Origin: Planctomycetota bacterium
Lineage (GTDB): Bacteria; Planctomycetota; GCA-002687715; CAIWVZ01
Reading direction: 5' to 3'
Length of the DNA stretch: 64,000 bases
Assembly (NCBI GenBank): GCA_044222185.1
Contig: JBGANV010000001.1
Location: 480,001-544,000 of the forward strand
How positions within the stretch are numbered: position 1 is the first letter of the stretch; the number at the start of each line of letters is the position of its first letter. Below are positions 60,490 through 64,000 of the stretch, piece after piece. The notes beneath the pieces were generated by a model, which saw nothing but the letters and a program-made list of their open reading frames with translations, did not search any database and was not told where the DNA came from. Both the position numbers and the translations under genes were made by a program.

Positions 60490-60706
60490 CATCCAGCGCT
60501 CGCTCCGAGCCGGGCCGCCCTGCTGACGCCGAAATCTGCTCCTGGGCTGAGTTCGAGCCGGAGCCCGCGGCATCCGTCAGCGGAGCCTGCACGGGGCGAT
60601 CTGCGTATGAAACCGCGGACGTTCTTTGACGGCTGCGAAACCCGTCGGTCGATCCAGCGCCGACTCGGCGCTGATCCCCACGGGCGCAGCGGGAGGTGAA
60701 TCAGAC

Positions 60707-61924
60707 ATGGTGCGAACGGCGATCTTGCTTTCGCTCGTGACGTGCATGGTGGGATTGGGACAGGGTGAACGGGCGACCTCACGGCCCTCGGCGCCGACGG
60801 TCCAGGAGCTCATCGCGGGACTCGACAGTGAATCCTTCGAGGCCCGAAACCGGTCGACGGAAGGGCTGCGCGCGCTCGGCGAAACCGCGCGTCCCGCGCT
60901 CGAGGAGGCCCGGAAGAGCCCCAGCCTTGAGGTCCGAACGAGGGCAGAATCCTTGCTCGGGGAACTCGATGGGGCGGCCTCGCCATCGAAGGACGGCACG
61001 CCGTCGGAACTGCAGGAGAAGGTGAGGAGGCTCCGGCCTGTCGACCCGACCGAGCGGTCGCAGGAAGACGTCGCGCCGGACTCCGAGCCCCACGCCCTGC
61101 CCGAGATGCCCAGGTTCCAGGACTTCGGCGACCCGAACGCCTACTTCGACGCGGTGCGCAAGTACATGGAAGAGACGACGAAGGCCATGAACTCTCGCCG
61201 CTCGTTCGGATTCACGATGCCGCCGGGAATCGAGATGCTGCCTGGCGGCGGCAGCAGGATCGAGATCGCTCCGAACGGGGACCTTCAGTACAGCGTGACG
61301 AGGATCATCGACGGCGAGTCCGTCGAGTTCTCGAAGAACTCGGGCGGCGTCACCATGAAGGTCACGACGCGCGGCGCTGGTGAGGAGAAGAAGGTCGAGA
61401 CCTACGAGGCCAAGGACGTCGAGGAGCTGAAGAGCAAGTTCCCTGACGTCTGGGAGAAGTACGGCAAGGCTGGCGGATTCGAGCTGAACGCGAATCCGTT
61501 CACGTTCCGCGTCGAGCCCGGCCCGTACTCCGTTCCGCGCGTGGGGCGACAACGAGGCGCCGCGCCCCGACCCGATTCCGATCGTTCGCGTGTCCGCCCG
61601 TTGACGCCAGCGGCCCCGGAACCCGTTGCGAGCGGCCCGCGGCTCGGGATCGAGGCTGGCGAGATCCCCCCGATCCTCGACGCGCAGTTGAAGCTCAAGG
61701 GGCAGGGCGTCGCGGTCGAGGCCGTCGAGACCAACAGCCTGGCGTCGCGCTTGGGGTTGCGACAGTACGACGTGCTCCTCGAGGTCGACGGTGTTCCGAT
61801 CCGCTCCGCCGACGACATCCGGCGGCAGATGGCCGCCGCCGACGGCACAGCGACCGTGCGCGTGAAGATCCTCCGCGACGGCGCCTCCCAGGAGCTCTCG
61901 GCGCCCCGCGCCCGGTCGCGCTGA
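60707..61924 (+). CDS. Secreted protein with N-terminal HEAT-like helices and C-terminal PDZ domain
   Basis: GGAGGTG RBS; signal peptide; LDS.SFEAR..L..LG; RLGI...GV.VE.V...SLA..LGL...DVLL.VDG. Confidence 0.82.
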   Translation: MVRTAILLSLVTCMVGLGQGERATSRPSAPTVQELIAGLDSESFEARNRSTEGLRALGETARPALEEARKSPSLEVRTRAESLLGELDGAASPSKDGTPSELQEKVRRLRPVDPTERSQEDVAPDSEPHALPEMPRFQDFGDPNAYFDAVRKYMEETTKAMNSRRSFGFTMPPGIEMLPGGGSRIEIAPNGDLQYSVTRIIDGESVEFSKNSGGVTMKVTTRGAGEEKKVETYEAKDVEELKSKFPDVWEKYGKAGGFELNANPFTFRVEPGPYSVPRVGRQRGAAPRPDSDRSRVRPLTPAAPEPVASGPRLGIEAGEIPPILDAQLKLKGQGVAVEAVETNSLASRLGLRQYDVLLEVDGVPIRSADDIRRQMAAADGTATVRVKILRDGASQELSAPRARSR

Positions 61925-62160
61925 GCCAGCGACCCATGCAACCAGGCGCGCGTTCCGCTTCACGACACGCGCGACTGGCGCTCCGATCCGACTCAAACGC
62001 CGTGGCATTCGGGGGAGGTGCGCGGCGCCGACCGGGCCGACCCGACACTCGAGCCACGGAACGTGAGCACCCGGACCGCTGACGCGTTTTTCACGAATTG
62101 CGCCCGAAGCGATTAGACTTTGTCCGAATACCGGCGCAGTCTGTCCAACTCGGGGGCGTC

Positions 62161-63285
62161 ATGACGGCCACACGTGCAGCGATCCTGGTCCTTTCTCTTG
62201 CTTGCGCATTCCTGCTTGGCCGCGAGTTTGCCCGCCGTCCCGCAGGCGTCACGCCCTCTGCGACGTACCTGGACCACGTCGTTCAGGCCACTCAAGCGCG
62301 ACTGCCTGCATCCTCGCCGTCGTCGGATCAACCGATCGGGTTCGTGCGTGTGGCCGATCGGCTCCGCCCATCCGTCGTCTCGATCCAAGGTACGAACGCG
62401 AGCGGCGGTGGATCGAGCGGCACAGGGGTCGTGATCTCCGAAGACGGCGCCATCCTCACCAACAACCACGTGATCGACGGACTGGGGACGATCCGCGTGA
62501 CGCTGTCGTCGCAGGACGTCTACTCCGCCACCGTGGTCGGAGTCGACCTTCCGACCGACCTCGCCGTGATTCGCGTGGAAGGGTTGTCGGGGTTGCTTCC
62601 GGTCGAGTTCGGGGACTCGGACGACCTGCACGTCGCCGAGGACGTGCTCGCCATTGGAAACGCGTTCGGCTTCGGCTGGACGGTCACGCGCGGGATCGTG
62701 TCGAGCCTCCATCGAAGCGACATCAAGGTCCAGGAGGTCGATCGCAGGAACGTCTCGGCCCGCGTTCCTGCCCACTACACGGATTACATCCAGACCGACG
62801 CGGCCATCAACCCCGGCAACTCAGGTGGTCCGCTCGTGAGCGCGCGCGGTCAGGTGATCGGCATCAACACGGCCATCCTCTCGCGCTCGGCGGAGGGCAT
62901 CGGTTTCGCGATTCCCGCGAACGACGCCGTCTTCGTGGCGAAGGACCTGCTGAAGCGGGGATACGTGCGGCGTGGCTACCTCGGGATGAAGGGGCGCGAC
63001 CTCGCGGAGTTCACGGGCGACGAGCGCCGTCGCCTCGCGCCGGGTGCTTCATCCGGCTTCTGCATCACCGAAGTCGTTCCAAACACCCCGGCCGAGCGCG
63101 CCGGCCTTCACGTCAACGACGTCGTCGTCGCGATGGAAGGACGCCCGGTCGCGTCGTTCGAGATCCTCCGCAACCGCGTCGCGCGAATTCCGCCAGCGAC
63201 GGACGTGAGCCTCCGGATCGTTCGCGGCGGGCAGGAGCGCGAGGTTCGGGCGGTCGTCGGCGAGTTCGGCGGCGACAACTCGTAG
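62161..63285 (+). CDS. HtrA/DegP-like trypsin serine protease with one PDZ domain
   Basis: Catalytic triad LTNNHV, TDLAV, INPGNSGGPL; PDZ after RGYLG. Upstream TTCACG-N18-TAGACT. Confidence 0.95.
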   Translation: MTATRAAILVLSLACAFLLGREFARRPAGVTPSATYLDHVVQATQARLPASSPSSDQPIGFVRVADRLRPSVVSIQGTNASGGGSSGTGVVISEDGAILTNNHVIDGLGTIRVTLSSQDVYSATVVGVDLPTDLAVIRVEGLSGLLPVEFGDSDDLHVAEDVLAIGNAFGFGWTVTRGIVSSLHRSDIKVQEVDRRNVSARVPAHYTDYIQTDAAINPGNSGGPLVSARGQVIGINTAILSRSAEGIGFAIPANDAVFVAKDLLKRGYVRRGYLGMKGRDLAEFTGDERRRLAPGASSGFCITEVVPNTPAERAGLHVNDVVVAMEGRPVASFEILRNRVARIPPATDVSLRIVRGGQEREVRAVVGEFGGDNS

Positions 63286-63306
63286 GACTGTCGCCGCTCG
63301 ATCGCG

Positions 63307-64000
63307 TCAGGGCGATCCCGAATCCAGCTGGTGGAGTCGGAGCTGGCCGCAGGCGGCTGCGATGTCGTGGCCCTTGCGCTTGCGCACCGTCACCTTGATT
63401 CCGCGGCGGCGAAGGGTCTCCGCGAATGCGTCGATCGCGGCGTCGGGCGGTCGGCGGAACGGCTGCTCTGGGACCTCGTTGTAGGGGATGAGGTTGAGCG
63501 TGCCGCGAACGTCCTTCAGCACGGACGCGAGCTCGTCGGCCTGTTGGCGCGCCGAGTTGATTCCGTCGAGGAGAACGTACTCGAACGTGACTTCGCGCCC
63601 CTTTTCCTCCAGGTAGCGGCGGGCCGCGAGGATCAGCTCGGAGATCTTCATCGCCGCGGGGAACGGGACGATCTTGGCGCGAAGATTGTCGTTCGGCGCG
63701 TGAAGGCTGAAGGCGAGCGTGTATTGGCGCTTCTCCTTCATGAACTCGTCGAGTCCCTTGCGGATGCCGATCGTCGAGACCGTGATGTGGCGCGCACCAA
63801 GCCCAGGTCCTGCGGGATCGTTCAGCGCCGCGAGCGCGTCGAGCAGGCTCCGGACGTTCATCATGGGTTCGCCCATCCCCATCACCACGACGTTGGTGAT
63901 TCGACGCCCCAGTTCGGCGGCGCGGGCGGCGAGGACGAGGTACTGCTCCAGGATCTCGCCCTTCGTCAGGTTCCTCTCGAGGCCGAACAGCCCGGATGCG
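63307..64000 (-). CDS. rlmN: 23S rRNA (A2503)/tRNA C2-methyltransferase RlmN, C-terminal part; start lies outside the window
   Basis: RNLT.GEI..Q, VVMGMGEP, ITVST.G, SLHAP, EYVLL, NLIPYN, DIAAACGQL. Confidence 0.95.
   Translation of the reverse strand, partial: ASGLFGLERNLTKGEILEQYLVLAARAAELGRRITNVVVMGMGEPMMNVRSLLDALAALNDPAGPGLGARHITVSTIGIRKGLDEFMKEKRQYTLAFSLHAPNDNLRAKIVPFPAAMKISELILAARRYLEEKGREVTFEYVLLDGINSARQQADELASVLKDVRGTLNLIPYNEVPEQPFRRPPDAAIDAFAETLRRRGIKVTVRKRKGHDIAAACGQLRLHQLDSGSP

Noticed and set aside
1-64000. CRISPR arrays, IS elements, rRNA/tRNA genes
   Set aside because: No regularly spaced repeats, transposase motifs or RNA-gene signatures were recognised. This was by eye only.

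Overview
High-GC bacterial chromosomal window of roughly 45 CDS. The gene mix (DUF1080, DUF1579, DUF58/BatA, CarboxypepD_reg repeats, PurS-PurL fusion, FG-GAP lipoproteins) suggests Planctomycetota; this is an inference. I recognised no rRNA, tRNA, CRISPR array or intact mobile element. Housekeeping genes: glycogen (GH57 branching enzyme, glgA, glgC), guaBA, gatCAB, comF, recJ, selB, purL/purQ, accA, htrA-like, rlmN. Most notable: (1) a SET-domain methyltransferase-like gene 12 bp upstream of a membrane-bound Pls/PosA-type single-module NRPS, a candidate system for a methylated poly(amino acid); (2) a GlgA-DUF4912 fusion; (3) a circularly permuted ATP-grasp plus GCS2 ligase pair inside the glycogen locus; (4) a signalling cassette of REC-HDOD, orphan solute-binding protein, two kinases and a degenerate REC-EAL; (5) a structured intergenic element with a pyrimidine loop; (6) repeated leaderless-type promoters. 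All family calls come from motif recognition by eye; no database searches were run.
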